Assembly (NCBI GenBank): GCA_950097015.1
Contig: CATNEN010000011.1
Coordinates: 2,356,001-2,420,000 of the forward strand
DNA length: 64,000 nucleotides
Direction: 5' to 3'
Origin: Macrostomum hystrix
Lineage: Eukaryota; Animalia; Platyhelminthes
The notes under the pieces were generated by a model. It did no database searches, was not told where the DNA came from, and saw nothing but the letters and a program-made list of their open reading frames with translations. Each line of letters begins with the position of its first letter. Position 1 is the first letter of the stretch. The position numbers were made by a program, and so were the translations under genes. Below are positions 24,869 to 37,029 of this stretch, in pieces.

Positions 24869-26556
24869 GATTTAATGATGAAGCAATTGTCTGTCAGTCT
24901 AATTGTCTAATTGTGTAGAAAGGGGCGGAAAGAATCAAGACCAACGATCACTTTGATTGGAGTGCAGCGGCCGGTATGCACTCAAAGGACCACTAGAAGT
25001 AGTATACTTTACTCTTAGGTGGTCCTTGTATGCACTACGGAATAACATCTTGTGAGCGTTGCCTACCTGGCGGCCTTATTTAGTTAATATACATTAATAT
25101 CAATTTACACTGAGTAGTTTATGCGATTTAGGATCTAATCAGGTTGAAATCAGCTCAGGTGTATTGTTTTTACTAAATATTATATGCATAGGTTTCATGC
25201 CCTTTTATATTCCTGGTAAGAGACGGGCGGCGGTAAGGCTCAGCTCAAAAAATCTTAATTATAATAACAAATCAGTTCAACAGTGTGTACGCGTACAGAA
25301 CTAAACCAATCAAAATACATCGTCAATGTGAGAGCCAAGTTCTTACGCAAGTTCTACTAGGCCTATGTAATCATAGAGTAGAATATAATTGTGCAGAAAT
25401 ACTTGTAAATACATATGCAAATTAAAAGTACGAATAGGCCTAGGAACTAAGAATAATGTATAGTGACTAATATTTCGCATGCAGTATTGTTAGTTATAAC
25501 GAATAAGAGTACAAAATAAGATAGGATTACAAGAAACAAAACTTTGTATATACGATTACGATTAATACAAACTGTGAATAATGAACCTACCGAATACGTT
25601 GGATATGCAGCGTATTTAGGCTAGGCAAGGCCAGGGCAGTAATACTGCTAGTTTAAATCTTCAAAACCTACTACTTAGGCTCGCGCTTTTGCAGCTGTTC
25701 CTAAGATTATCTGCGTGATGTGTGTTAGCATAAAAGTCATTGGAATTCGTATAGGCTACCCAGAGGGCAGACAGACGACCTTGCTTTTTGCTTATCAAAT
25801 TATTTAATATTAGGCTTAGCCTTTAGCACAACACACACGATGAATATTTCGATAGCTTGAAATAAAAAATCAAAATGTTTACCTAAAGAGAAGGCCCCTA
25901 CTAAACCATTTCAATCCTAATATTCACTAATATTCTAATATCCTAATATTCACTCATGACATATATGTCATAAACTTTTAACTAGCTAGGCTCCTAATTG
26001 AATAGCAGCAATTTTTACTAGGCCTAGGCCCTAAAATAATAAATAAATTTAGGAATTGGACCCAACAAACGCACTAACATTAACAAGAACGTCTATACTT
26101 CCAGTACCAGAACCAGTACCAGAACCAGTACCAGAAAAAAATTATGTTATAGCCAACAAAAAATCGACAAGCAACTAATAAAAAGACTTCTAACAGATGA
26201 AATACTTATATATCGGTCCGAAAATATCATTATTGAGAATAAAATTAATAAATATCGACGGACTTGCGCACAACACACAAAAAATGGTTTACTTTCACAA
26301 AACGTTTTCTAATATATTTTTTCATAGAATAAAACAAATTTGCTCAACCAACTGAGTAAACGAATACAAAAAGCGGTTTACTAAATATCGCAACTACTAA
26401 AATCACAACTCAAAACTCACCTCATTAAATGTGTTTGTATAATTTATTTTTTTATAATCATCGTAAACTTCATCAAAAAAACTAAAAATATAACCTCACT
26501 TTTGCGCTTCGCAGGATTATTACTCGTACATCATATACAGCTGAGAGCAATGATAA

Positions 26557-29500
26557 GGAAGGAAACATTATCTGTGAACACGGCTGTAAAATTTCAGAGC
26601 CCTGACTAGTCGCGTCTCGGAGTTGTAGACCCTCGAGTCCCCCCCCACTCTGATATCTCCCATTTTAAAAGTACTTTTCGTCACCTCACTGAATCTGGTG
26701 GTCAGACGAGGCTAAAAACTCAGATCTGGAAGGAAACATTATCTGTGAACACGGCTGTAAAATTTCAGAGCCCTGACTATTCGCGTCTCGGAGTTGTAGA
26801 CCCTCGAGTCCCCCCCCACTCTGATATCTCCCATTTTAAAAGTACTTTTCGTCACCTCACTGAATCTGGTGGTCAGACGAGGCTAAAAACTCAGATCTGG
26901 AAGGAAACATTATCTGTGAACACGGCTGTAAAATTTCAGAGCCCTGACTATTCGCGTCTCGGAGTTGTAGACCCTCGAGTCCCCCCCACTCTGATATCTC
27001 CCATTTTAAAAGTACTTTTCGTCACCTCACTGAATCTGGTGGTCAGACGAGGCTAAAAACTCAGATCTGGAAGGAAACATTATCTGTAAACACGGCTGTA
27101 AAATTTCAGAGCCCTGACTAGTCGCGTCTCGGAGTTGTAGACCCTCGAGTCCCCCCCACTCTGATATCTCCCATTTTAAAAGTACTTTTCGTCACCTCAC
27201 TGAATCTGGTGGTCAAAAGAAGCTGAAAACTCAGATCTGGAAGGAAACATTATCTGTGAACACGGCTGTAAAATTTCAGAGCCCTGACTAGTCGCGTCTC
27301 GGAGTTGTAGACCCTCGAGTCCCCCCCACTCTGATATCTCCCATTTTAAAAGTACTTTTCGTCACCTCACTGAATCTGGTGGTCAGACGAGGCTAAAAAC
27401 TCAGATCTGGAAGGAAACATTATCTGTGAACACGGCTGTAAAATTTCAGAGCCCTGACTAGTCGCGTCTCGGAGTTGTAGACCCTCGAGTCCCCCCCACT
27501 CTGATATCTCCCATTTTAAAAGTACTTTTCGTCACCTCACTGAATCTGGTGGTCAGACGAGGCTAAAAACTCAGATCTGGAAGGAAACATTATCTGTGAA
27601 CACGGCTGTAAAATTTCAGAGCCCTGACTAGTCGCGTCTCGGAGTTGTAGACCCTCGAGTCCCCCCCACTCTGATATCTCCCATTTTAAAAGTACTTTTC
27701 GTCACCTCACTGAATCTGGTGGTCAGACGAGGCTAAAAACTCAGATCTGGAAGGAAACATTATCTGTGAACACGGCTGTAAAATTTCAGAGCCCTGACTA
27801 GTCGCGTCTCGGAGTTGTAGACCCTCGAGTCCCCCCCACTCTGATATCTCCCATTTTAAAAGTACTTTTCGTCACCTCACTGAATCTGGTGGTCAAAAGA
27901 AGCTGAAAACTCAGATCTGGAAGGAAACATTATCTGTGAACACGGCTGTAAAATTTCAGAGCCCTGACTAGTCGCGTCTCGGAGTTGTAGACCCTCGAGT
28001 CCCCCCCACTCTGATATCTCCCATTTTAAAAGTACTTTTCGTCACCTCACTGAATCTGGTGGTCAGACGATGCTGAAAACTCAGATCTAGAAGGAAACAT
28101 TATCTGTGAACACGGCTGTAAAATTTCAGAGCCCTGACTAGTCGCATCTCGGAGTTGTAGACCCTCGAGTCCCCCCCACTCTGATATCTCCCATTTTAAA
28201 AGTACTTTTCGTCACCTCACTTAATCTGGTGGTCAGACGAGGCTGAAAACTCAGATCTAGAAGGAAACATTATCTGTGAACACGGCTGTAAAATTTCAGA
28301 GCCCTGACTAGTCGCGTCTCGGAGTTGTAGACCCTCGAGTCCCCCCCACTCTGATATCTCCCATTTTAAAAGTACTTTTCGTCACCTCACTGAATCTGGT
28401 GGTCAAAAGAAGCTGAAAACTCAGATCTGGAAGGAAACATTATCTGTGAACACGGCTGTAAAATTTCAGAGCCCTGACTAGTCGCGTCTCGAAGTTGTAG
28501 ACCCTCGAGTCCCCCCCACTCTGATATCTCCCATTTTAAAAGTACTTTTCGTCACCTCACTGAATCTGGTGGTCAAAAGAAGCTGAAAACTCAGATCTGG
28601 AAGGAAACATTATCTGTGAACACGGCTGTAAAATTTCAGAGCCGTGACTAGTCGCGTCTCGGAGTTGTAGACCCTCGAGTCCCCCCCACTCTGATATCTC
28701 CCATTTTAAAAGTACTTTTCGTCACCTCACTGAATCTGGTGGTCAGACGAGGCTGAAAACTCAGATCTGGAAGGAAACATTATCTGTGAACACGGCTGTA
28801 AAATTTCAGAGCCCTGACTAGTCGCGTCTCGGAGTTGTAGACCCTCGAGTCCCCCCCACTCTGATATCTCCCATTTTAAAAGTACTTTTCGTCACCTCAC
28901 TGAATCTGGTGGTCAGACGAGGCTGAAAACTCAGATCTGGAAGGAAACATTATCTGTGAACACGGCTGTAAAATTTCAGAGCCCTGACTAGTCGCGTCTC
29001 GGAGTTGTAGACCCTCGAGTCCCCCCCACTCTGATATCTCCCATTTTAAAAGTACTTTTCGTCACCTCACTGAATCTGGTGGTCAAAAGAAGCTGAAAAC
29101 TCAGATCTGGAAGGAAACATTATCTGTGAACACGGCTGTAAAATTTCAGAGCCCTGACTAGTCGCGTCTCGAAGTTGTAGACCCTCGAGTCCCCCCCACT
29201 CTGATATCTCCCATTTTAAAAGTACTTTTCGTCACCTCACTGAATCTGGTGGTCAAAAGAAGCTGAAAACTCAGATCTGGAAGGAAACATTATCTGTGAA
29301 CATGGCTGTAAAATTTCAGAGCCCTGACTAGTCGCGTCTCGGAGTTGTAGACCCTCGAGTCCCCCCCACTCTGATATCTCCCATTTTAAAAGTACTTTTC
29401 GTCACCTCACTGAATCTGGTGGTCAAAAGAAGCTGAAAACTCAGATCTGGAAGGAAACATTATCTGTGAACACGGCTGTAAAATTTCAGAGCCCTGACTA

Positions 29501-31820
29501 GTCGCGTCTCGGAGTTGTAGACCCTCGAGTCCCCCCCACTCTGATATCTCCCATTTTAAAAGTACTTTTCGTCACCTCACTGAATCTGGTGGTCAGACGA
29601 GGCTAAAAACTCAGATCTGGAAGGAAACATTATCTGTGAACACGGCTGTAAAATTTCAGAGCCCTGACTAGTCGCGTCTCGGAGTTGTAGACCCTCGAGT
29701 CCCCCCCACTCTGATATCTCCCATTTTAAAAGTACTTTTCGTCACCTCACTGAATCTGGTGGTCAAAAGAAGCTGAAAACTCAGATCTGGAAGGAAACAT
29801 TATCTGTGAACACGGCTGTAAAATTTCAGAGCCCTGACTAGTCGCGTCTCGGAGTTGTAGACCCTCGAGTCCCCCCCACTCTGATATCTCCCATTTTAAA
29901 AGTACTTTTCGTCACCTCACTGAATCTGGTGGTCAGACGATGCTGAAAACTCAGATCTAGAAGGAAACATTATCTGTGAACACGGCTGTAAAATTTCAGA
30001 GCCCTGACTAGTCGCATCTCGGAGTTGTAGACCCTCGAGTCCCCCCCACTCTGATATCTCCCATTTTAAAAGTACTTTTCGTCACCTCACTTAATCTGGT
30101 GGTCAGACGAGGCTGAAAACTCAGATCTAGAAGGAAACATTATCTGTGAACACGGCTGTAAAATTTCAGAGCCCTGACTAGTCGCGTCTCGGAGTTGTAG
30201 ACCCTCGAGTCCCCCCCACTCTGATATCTCCCATTTTAAAAGTACTTTTCGTCACCTCACTGAATCTGGTGGTCAAAAGAAGCTGAAAACTCAGATCTGG
30301 AAGGAAACATTATCTGTGAACACGGCTGTAAAATTTCAGAGCCCTGACTAGTCGCGTCTCGAAGTTGTAGACCCTCGAGTCCCCCCCACTCTGATATCTC
30401 CCATTTTAAAAGTACTTTTCGTCACCTCACTGAATCTGGTGGTCAAAAGAAGCTGAAAACTCAGATCTGGAAGGAAACATTATCTGTGAACACGGCTGTA
30501 AAATTTCAGAGCCGTGACTAGTCGCGTCTCGGAGTTGTAGACCCTCGAGTCCCCCCCACTCTGATATCTCCCATTTTAAAAGTACTTTTCGTCACCTCAC
30601 TGAATCTGGTGGTCAGACGAGGCTGAAAACTCAGATCTGGAAGGAAACATTATCTGTGAACACGGCTGTAAAATTTCAGAGCCCTGACTAGTCGCGTCTC
30701 GGAGTTGTAGACCCTCGAGTCCCCCCCACTCTGATATCTCCCATTTTAAAAGTACTTTTCGTCACCTCACTGAATCTGGTGGTCAGACGAGGCTGAAAAC
30801 TCAGATCTGGAAGGAAACATTATCTGTGAACACGGCTGTAAAATTTCAGAGCCCTGACTAGTCGCGTCTCGGAGTTGTAGACCCTCGAGTCCCCCCCACT
30901 CTGATATCTCCCATTTTAAAAGTACTTTTCGTCACCTCACTGAATCTGGTGGTCAAAAGAAGCTGAAAACTCAGATCTGGAAGGAAACATTATCTGTGAA
31001 CACGGCTGTAAAATTTCAGAGCCCTGACTAGTCGCGTCTCGGAGTTGTAGACCCTCGAGTCCCCCCCCACTCTGATATCTCCCATTTTAAAAGTACTTTT
31101 CGTCACCTCACTGAATCTGGTGGTCAAAAGAAGCTGAAAACTCAGATCTGGAAGGAAACATTATCTGTGAACACGGCTGTAAAATTTCAGAGCCCTGACT
31201 AGTCGCATCTCGGAGTTGTAGACCCTCGAGTCCCCCCCACTCTGATATCTCCCATTTTAAAAGTACTTTTCGTCACCTCACTTAATCTGGTGGTCAGACG
31301 AGGCTGAAAACTCAGATCTAGAAGGAAACATTATCTGTGAACACGGCTGTAAAATTTCAGAGCCCTGACTAGTCGCGTCTCGGAGTTGTAGACCCTCGAG
31401 TCCCCCCCACTCTGATATCTCCCATTTTAAAAGTACTTTTCGTCACCTCACTGAATCTGGTGGTCAAAAGAAGCTGAAAACTCAGATCTGGAAGGAAACA
31501 TTATCTGTGAACACGGCTGTAAAATTTCAGAGCCCTGACTAGTCGCGTCTCGAAGTTGTAGACCCTCGAGTCCCCCCCACTCTGATATCTCCCATTTTAA
31601 AAGTACTTTTCGTCACCTCACTGAATCTGGTGGTCAAAAGAAGCTGAAAACTCAGATCTGGAAGGAAACATTATCTGTGAACACGGCTGTAAAATTTCAG
31701 AGCCCTGACTAGTCGCGTCTCGGAGTTGTAGACCCTCGAGTCCCCCCCACTCTGATATCTCCCATTTTAAAAGTACTTTTCGTCACCTCACTGAATCTGG
31801 TGGTCAAAAGAAGCTGAAAA
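26557..31820 (+). repeat. 170-bp tandem array, ~31 copies (left arm of the transposon)
   Basis: Period 170 (e.g. AAGGAAACAT at 27071 and 27241). The unit contains palindromes AAAAGTACTTTT, GACTAGTC, CTCGAG, CAGATCTG and GATATC. Confidence 0.97.
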
Positions 31821-32280
31821 ATGAGGTTTCGAAGGAGCAATTGTTTTTGTAGTCTGTATTTTTTGTAATTTTTTCGTTTCATTTTACTGAATATAATTTA
31901 AGATTTGCTTTTGGCATATTTTTCGTGAGCCCTCCTCTTTTTGAAACCAGGCTTGGGACTGGCTAAGGCAGAGTTTTTCACAAAGTCTTTAATATATTTT
32001 TAGTTCGGATTTTAGAAGATTTTTGTTTATTTTTTAAGGTTTTTGTTCGTATTAGTGTTTCTGTGTCACACAAAGGCCACTATTTTACATATGTCTTACA
32101 ATATTTTGCAGCTTAGATTATTCACAGTTTTACATTGCAAAGCGGTGCTATAATTGTTTACAGAATTGACTTGTTGTTATAACAAAAGCTACAGAATTGA
32201 CATTTTATTTTTAAGCAAGTAGCTTTTAGTTATTAGTGTGAGTACATTTTTTCGCTGCACTTCTTGGTGCATCCATCCAG

Positions 32281-35200
32281 CTATCGCTTTGCTGCGTACT
32301 CGGCACAGCAGCAGACGTAGCCTTTGGACGCGTGGCGCTGGTGCATATCTTTCGATGCACACTCATGGTGCAGCCATGAATCACAAAGATCACATTGCAG
32401 CCAAGTTCCAGTCGCACTGGGTTCAGCTTCATGACAGCGAACGCACGAGTTGGTGGATTCTTCATTTTCTCTTTCCAAGTCTTTCCAGATGCAGATTCGA
32501 GCTCTGTTAAGAAATCCCTCCGTTGTTGGAAAGCACAAAGCTCGGAACTCGGTATCAACGGATGTTACTAGAACTTTCGCGTACAGACAGACAAATACAC
32601 CACAGCTATGACCATCAGACTGCAATGATCTCAACATTGATTTATTTTTATACGTACCTAAAATTTCTGGCATGTCTTCGCGAATACTGGTGGTGCTTTT
32701 GATTAGGTTTTGCCATAGTTTTATAAAATGTTTTGGTATCGACTTATCTGCGATAGGTTTTGTGTCTAGGACAGCTAGTTCTTTGTGTGTTGTGTCAATA
32801 TAGACTAAGTAGAAGTGGTCGTTCTGAAGAATCGGACAGATTAAACGGGTGCATTTGTTTGAAACTGTCGCTCTTAGCATGTCAATCGCAGCGCTCGAAT
32901 CTCCTTTGCGAATGCAGCTAAAGAAGCTGGATGGTAGGTGGCCCGCTTTGCTGCTTGGGTTGCATACGCAAAGTAGATGTATGAATGAATTTACTATTCC
33001 GACAGAAAGCCACTTTCCGGGTTCCAATGATTCTCTATCAAACTCAGTTAGGAAGTCTCCAGCGCGGGTGCACCACACCTGTTCCCGTTCTGCTGTGCCT
33101 TGCTGCTTTCTATTCTTTGTCGCTGATTCTGTTCTCTGTCGCTTGTACTTTGAACGACTAACCCGCTCGGCCCTTCGCCACTCCTCGCGAGAAAAGGAAA
33201 TATCTTCGTGCTTTCTCTTCCTTCCAGATAACGTTGCTTTCCCTACTTTGTTGATTATGTCGAAAGCTGTTAATCTTGTTTTTAAATATTTTAACCGTCC
33301 GCAAATAAAACTCGACACGTTCACCCTGGAAGCCTTGCCGAACCTTGTTTTTCGAGATTTAACGTCTGAAAAGTACGATTCTACGTAAGAGTTTGAAAAC
33401 CAACTTTTATTCTTTCTGAAGCTCTTGATACTCCCGATGAAATGGCAGAACAATGGAGCTAAACTACACCAGTGCTTCAGCAAGTAAACCAGCAGTTTTG
33501 GTGAGTAATAGCTTTTAAATGGCCCGGCTGGCTCGTCGGTTGCATCAATACTTGCCTGTCGGGACTTGAAAAGAAAAATGTACGGAGAGCTTTCGCGCAG
33601 AGAAGCAAATCGAGAACTTTCGGCCTGCTCTTCCTTATCGTTATTTATTTCATCGTCGTTGTAGAGCGAATATTCTTCGTCCACGGGCTCAGTTTCCCAA
33701 TTGTTAATCGCTGATCTTAATTCTTTCGGATCTCGCTGCCCTAAAAATGTATCTACAGTGAGACTCAAGGTAGTTTCAAACGCTTCAAAAGTCTCCTGAT
33801 GTAATAAAAAGACAAATGCGCTAATAAATAATTCCCGCATAGCTTTACCTTCCGCAGTTTTTGACTTTAGTTGTATGCCATTAATGAACGCACGGATTAC
33901 GTGATTTGTGCAAATGAATGGAATCGTGTACTTGATTTGTTTCCCCATGCGTAACGCACAATGCGTATCAATAAGGTATTGTTCTAAGCTGGTGCCAAAT
34001 GACTGGCATACCGAATGTAACATAGCCCAAGAGAAGTCCGTGACAATGACAGCGGGTAAATAGTCATGCGACATAATAGTACTGCTTGCTAGTGTGCCCA
34101 AATCTGCGCGGACAGAAAACAAAAAGTGTTGGATTGATTTGGTCCTATGCTCACTTGTTATCATTTCGGCCACAGGCACACCACGCGTCTGACCGTTATC
34201 GGAGGGCATTGTCAGCGAGTAAAGAAATATTTGGCTACCTGCGAAATTCATTCTCTTGAAAATGCTTCCAGTGGCATCTAGATGTAAAACACACTGCGGC
34301 CTACTTGTAACAAGTCTAAGCTGTCTTTCGAGGTACAGATGTACATGAAATGGATGGCGAGACACAGCTTGAATGTATCCGCGTATACTCTTACTCTCTG
34401 TGTCTGTTTCGCTCAGTATTCGTTGCAAAGCAGCAATTTCGACTTCAACATTTTTATGCAGCCGTTCTTCTGCGGCAACCAACCGCTTCGCGTTTACCCG
34501 CCGAATGGCATCCAAATTTTTTGATCGAGAAAAATCATTTTCCTTTATCTCTTTATCTGTCATTTCCGAGAGTAGTCTATCATGTACATCAGTTGGTGCT
34601 TCAGTTTCAAGTAGTTTTGCTATCCTTTCTGATTCTAATGGCGTCATTCTAGACATCGTTGGATGATTATGATTCTTCTCACCTTTAGAATTAACAACTA
34701 CCTCCACAGGCTCATTTTCAGTTGGAAAATCTATAATTCTAAAATCGTGTACTATTTTGCATGCGGGATGCTGGCATAATGCGACCTGTTTTACGAAATA
34801 TTTTGGCTTTTGTGCTCTGAGATTTGGAAAGTTCAGATATCGATTCTTAAATTTAAGAACACAGTTACTTGCTTCCACATTCGAAGAGCAATATTGTCGA
34901 TAATTTTCACGAATGCAGTTTAGCCACCAAAAAGCGGTTCTCTGACATAGCGAATGCATTTTTTCTCCCCGCCTGATAAAAAAGTTATTTTTCCACTGGC
35001 TCCAAGCTATTCGAAAATGAAAAACTAAATTAATTATTGATCCGCTTGCACCACTCTCGAAATCAACAGCAACTTCAGCATTAGTACAGTCCCTTACTTC
35101 TGAATCGTCACTCCCAGCATCATCTCTGGCAGCATTATTACTCCCAGAAACACTCATATCATCACTCCCAACATCATCACTCCCAACATCATCACTCCCA

Positions 35201-37029
35201 ACATCATCACTCCCAGCATCATCACTCCCAGCATCATCACTCCCAGCATCATCACTCCCAGCATCATCACTCCCAGCATCATCACTCCAACCATCATCAC
35301 TCCCAGCATCCTCACTCCCAGCATCATCACTCCCAGCATCACCACTCCTAAAATCACTCATATCATCATCACAAGCGTCATCACTTCCATGAGCAGGCCC
35401 CACATAAGCAGCAACAGCACGACGGGCAGGCACAACAGAAGCAGCAACAGCACGACGGGCAGGCACAACAGAAGCAGCAACAGCACGACGAGCAGGCAAA
35501 ACAGAAGCAGCAACAGCACGACGGGCAGGCACAACAGAAGCAGCAACAGCACCACGGGCAGGCACAACAGAAACAGCAACAGAACGACGAGCAGGCAAAA
35601 CAGAAGCAGCAACAGCACGACGGGCAGGCAAAACAGAAACAGCAACAGAACGACGAGCAGGCACAACAGAAGCAGCAACAGCACGACGAGCAGGCACAAC
35701 AGAAGCAGCAACAGCACCCCGGGCAGGCACAACAGAAGCAGCAACAGCACGACGAGCAGGCAAAACAGAAGCAGCAACAGCACGACGGGCAGGCACAACA
35801 GAAGCAGCAACAGCACCACGGGCAGGCACAACAGAAACAGCAACAGAACGACGAGCAGGCAAAACAGAAGCAGCAACAGCACGACGGGCAGGCACAACAG
35901 AAGCAGCAACAGCACCACGGGCAGGCACAACAGAAACAGCAACAGAACGACGAGCAGGCAAAACAGAAGCAGCAACAGCACGACGGGCAGGCACAACAGA
36001 AGCAGCAACAGCACCCCGGGCAGGCACAACAGAAGCAGCAACAGCACGACGAGCAGGCACAACAGAAGCAGCAACAGCACGACGAGCAGGCACAACAGAA
36101 GCAGCAACAGCACCCCGGGCAGGCACAACAGAAGCAGCAACAGCACGACGAGCAGGCAAAACAGAAGCAGCAACAGCACGACGAGCAGGCACAACAGAAG
36201 CAGCAACAGCACCCCGGGCAGGCACAACAGAAGCAGCAACAGCACGAAGAGCAGGCAAAACAGAAGCAGCAACAGCACGACGAGCAGGCACAACAGAAGC
36301 AGCAACAGCACGACGAGCAGGCACAACAGAAGCAGCAACAGCACCCCGGGCAGGCACAACAGAAGCAGCAACAGCACGACGAGCAGGCACAACAGAAGCA
36401 GCAACAGCACCCCGGGCAGGCACAACAGAAGCAGCAACAGCACGAAGAGCAGGCAAAACAGAAGCAGCAACAGCACCCCGGGCAGGCACAACAGAAGCAG
36501 CAACAGCACCACGGCCAGGAACAACAGAAGCAGCAACAGCACCACGGCCAGGCACAACAGAAGCAGCAACAGCACGACGAGCAGGCACAACAGAAGCAGC
36601 AACAGCACCCCGGGCAGGCACAACAGAAGCAGCAACAGCACCACGGCCAGGAACAACAGAAGCAGCAACAGCACCACGGCCAGGCACAACAGAAGCAGCA
36701 ACAGCAACTCGAGTGGATCTTACCACAGCAGATTTATGATTAGCAGTTTTCTTTCTTTTCGAATAAGAAGATTTTGACTTACCGACAATTTTACGCTGAT
36801 AATAAAGCCAGACAACTCGACGGTTTTCAATAGTGTTCTTTGCTGAAAGCTTGCTCAGAATTTGCCCGCAAGCACCATAGGGACAGCGAAATGATTTGCC
36901 AAGGCACTCATCACTATAGTCTTTAAAATATTCAGGCGACAGTTCAAAAAAAGAAATGCGTCGATTGTGGGTTGCTTTGGAAATAAAGAAAATTGAAAGT
37001 AAAGCAATGATGCGAAGACTGAAAATCAT
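32281..37029 (-). CDS. MULE (FB-NOF-like) transposase fused to a Ulp1/C48-type cysteine protease and a C-terminal PHD finger (1582-aa ORF)
   Basis: Stop-free ORF. DDE-type motifs LHLDATGS, PVAEMIT, VIVTDFSWAM, CTNH and SNSYVESYF. Protease motifs WLSVGIVN, QNDHFYLV, VLDT and QSDGHSCGVFVC. PHD-like CVRC...WLQCDLCDSWLHHEC...YVC. True start and possible N-terminal splicing are unverified. Confidence 0.85.
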   Translation of the reverse strand: MIFSLRIIALLSIFFISKATHNRRISFFELSPEYFKDYSDECLGKSFRCPYGACGQILSKLSAKNTIENRRVVWLYYQRKIVGKSKSSYSKRKKTANHKSAVVRSTRVAVAASVVPGRGAVAASVVPGRGAVAASVVPARGAVAASVVPARRAVAASVVPGRGAVAASVVPGRGAVAASVVPARGAVAASVLPALRAVAASVVPARGAVAASVVPARRAVAASVVPARGAVAASVVPARRAVAASVVPARRAVAASVLPALRAVAASVVPARGAVAASVVPARRAVAASVLPARRAVAASVVPARGAVAASVVPARRAVAASVVPARRAVAASVVPARGAVAASVVPARRAVAASVLPARRSVAVSVVPARGAVAASVVPARRAVAASVLPARRSVAVSVVPARGAVAASVVPARRAVAASVLPARRAVAASVVPARGAVAASVVPARRAVAASVVPARRSVAVSVLPARRAVAASVLPARRSVAVSVVPARGAVAASVVPARRAVAASVLPARRAVAASVVPARRAVAASVVPARRAVAAYVGPAHGSDDACDDDMSDFRSGDAGSDDAGSEDAGSDDGWSDDAGSDDAGSDDAGSDDAGSDDAGSDDVGSDDVGSDDVGSDDMSVSGSNNAARDDAGSDDSEVRDCTNAEVAVDFESGASGSIINLVFHFRIAWSQWKNNFFIRRGEKMHSLCQRTAFWWLNCIRENYRQYCSSNVEASNCVLKFKNRYLNFPNLRAQKPKYFVKQVALCQHPACKIVHDFRIIDFPTENEPVEVVVNSKGEKNHNHPTMSRMTPLESERIAKLLETEAPTDVHDRLLSEMTDKEIKENDFSRSKNLDAIRRVNAKRLVAAEERLHKNVEVEIAALQRILSETDTESKSIRGYIQAVSRHPFHVHLYLERQLRLVTSRPQCVLHLDATGSIFKRMNFAGSQIFLYSLTMPSDNGQTRGVPVAEMITSEHRTKSIQHFLFSVRADLGTLASSTIMSHDYLPAVIVTDFSWAMLHSVCQSFGTSLEQYLIDTHCALRMGKQIKYTIPFICTNHVIRAFINGIQLKSKTAEGKAMRELFISAFVFLLHQETFEAFETTLSLTVDTFLGQRDPKELRSAINNWETEPVDEEYSLYNDDEINNDKEEQAESSRFASLRESSPYIFLFKSRQASIDATDEPAGPFKSYYSPKLLVYLLKHWCSLAPLFCHFIGSIKSFRKNKSWFSNSYVESYFSDVKSRKTRFGKASRVNVSSFICGRLKYLKTRLTAFDIINKVGKATLSGRKRKHEDISFSREEWRRAERVSRSKYKRQRTESATKNRKQQGTAEREQVWCTRAGDFLTEFDRESLEPGKWLSVGIVNSFIHLLCVCNPSSKAGHLPSSFFSCIRKGDSSAAIDMLRATVSNKCTRLICPILQNDHFYLVYIDTTHKELAVLDTKPIADKSIPKHFIKLWQNLIKSTTSIREDMPEILGTYKNKSMLRSLQSDGHSCGVFVCLYAKVLVTSVDTEFRALCFPTTEGFLNRARICIWKDLERENEESTNSCVRCHEAEPSATGTWLQCDLCDSWLHHECASKDMHQRHASKGYVCCCAEYAAKR
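35155..35350 (-). repeat. 15-bp coding repeat (DDAGS)n within the transposase ORF
   Basis: ATCATCACTCCCAGC tandem on the + strand, ~13 copies, in frame with the 1582-aa ORF. Confidence 0.9.
35395..36710 (-). repeat. 33-bp coding repeat (AVAASVVPARR)n, ~40 copies, within the transposase ORF
   Basis: Period 33 bp; 11-aa repeat visible in the ORF translation. Confidence 0.92.

Noticed and set aside
35358-36777. 449-aa Leu/Cys/Val and 462-aa Ser/Arg/Asn ORFs
   Set aside because: Alternative frames of the 33-bp repeat inside the transposase ORF.
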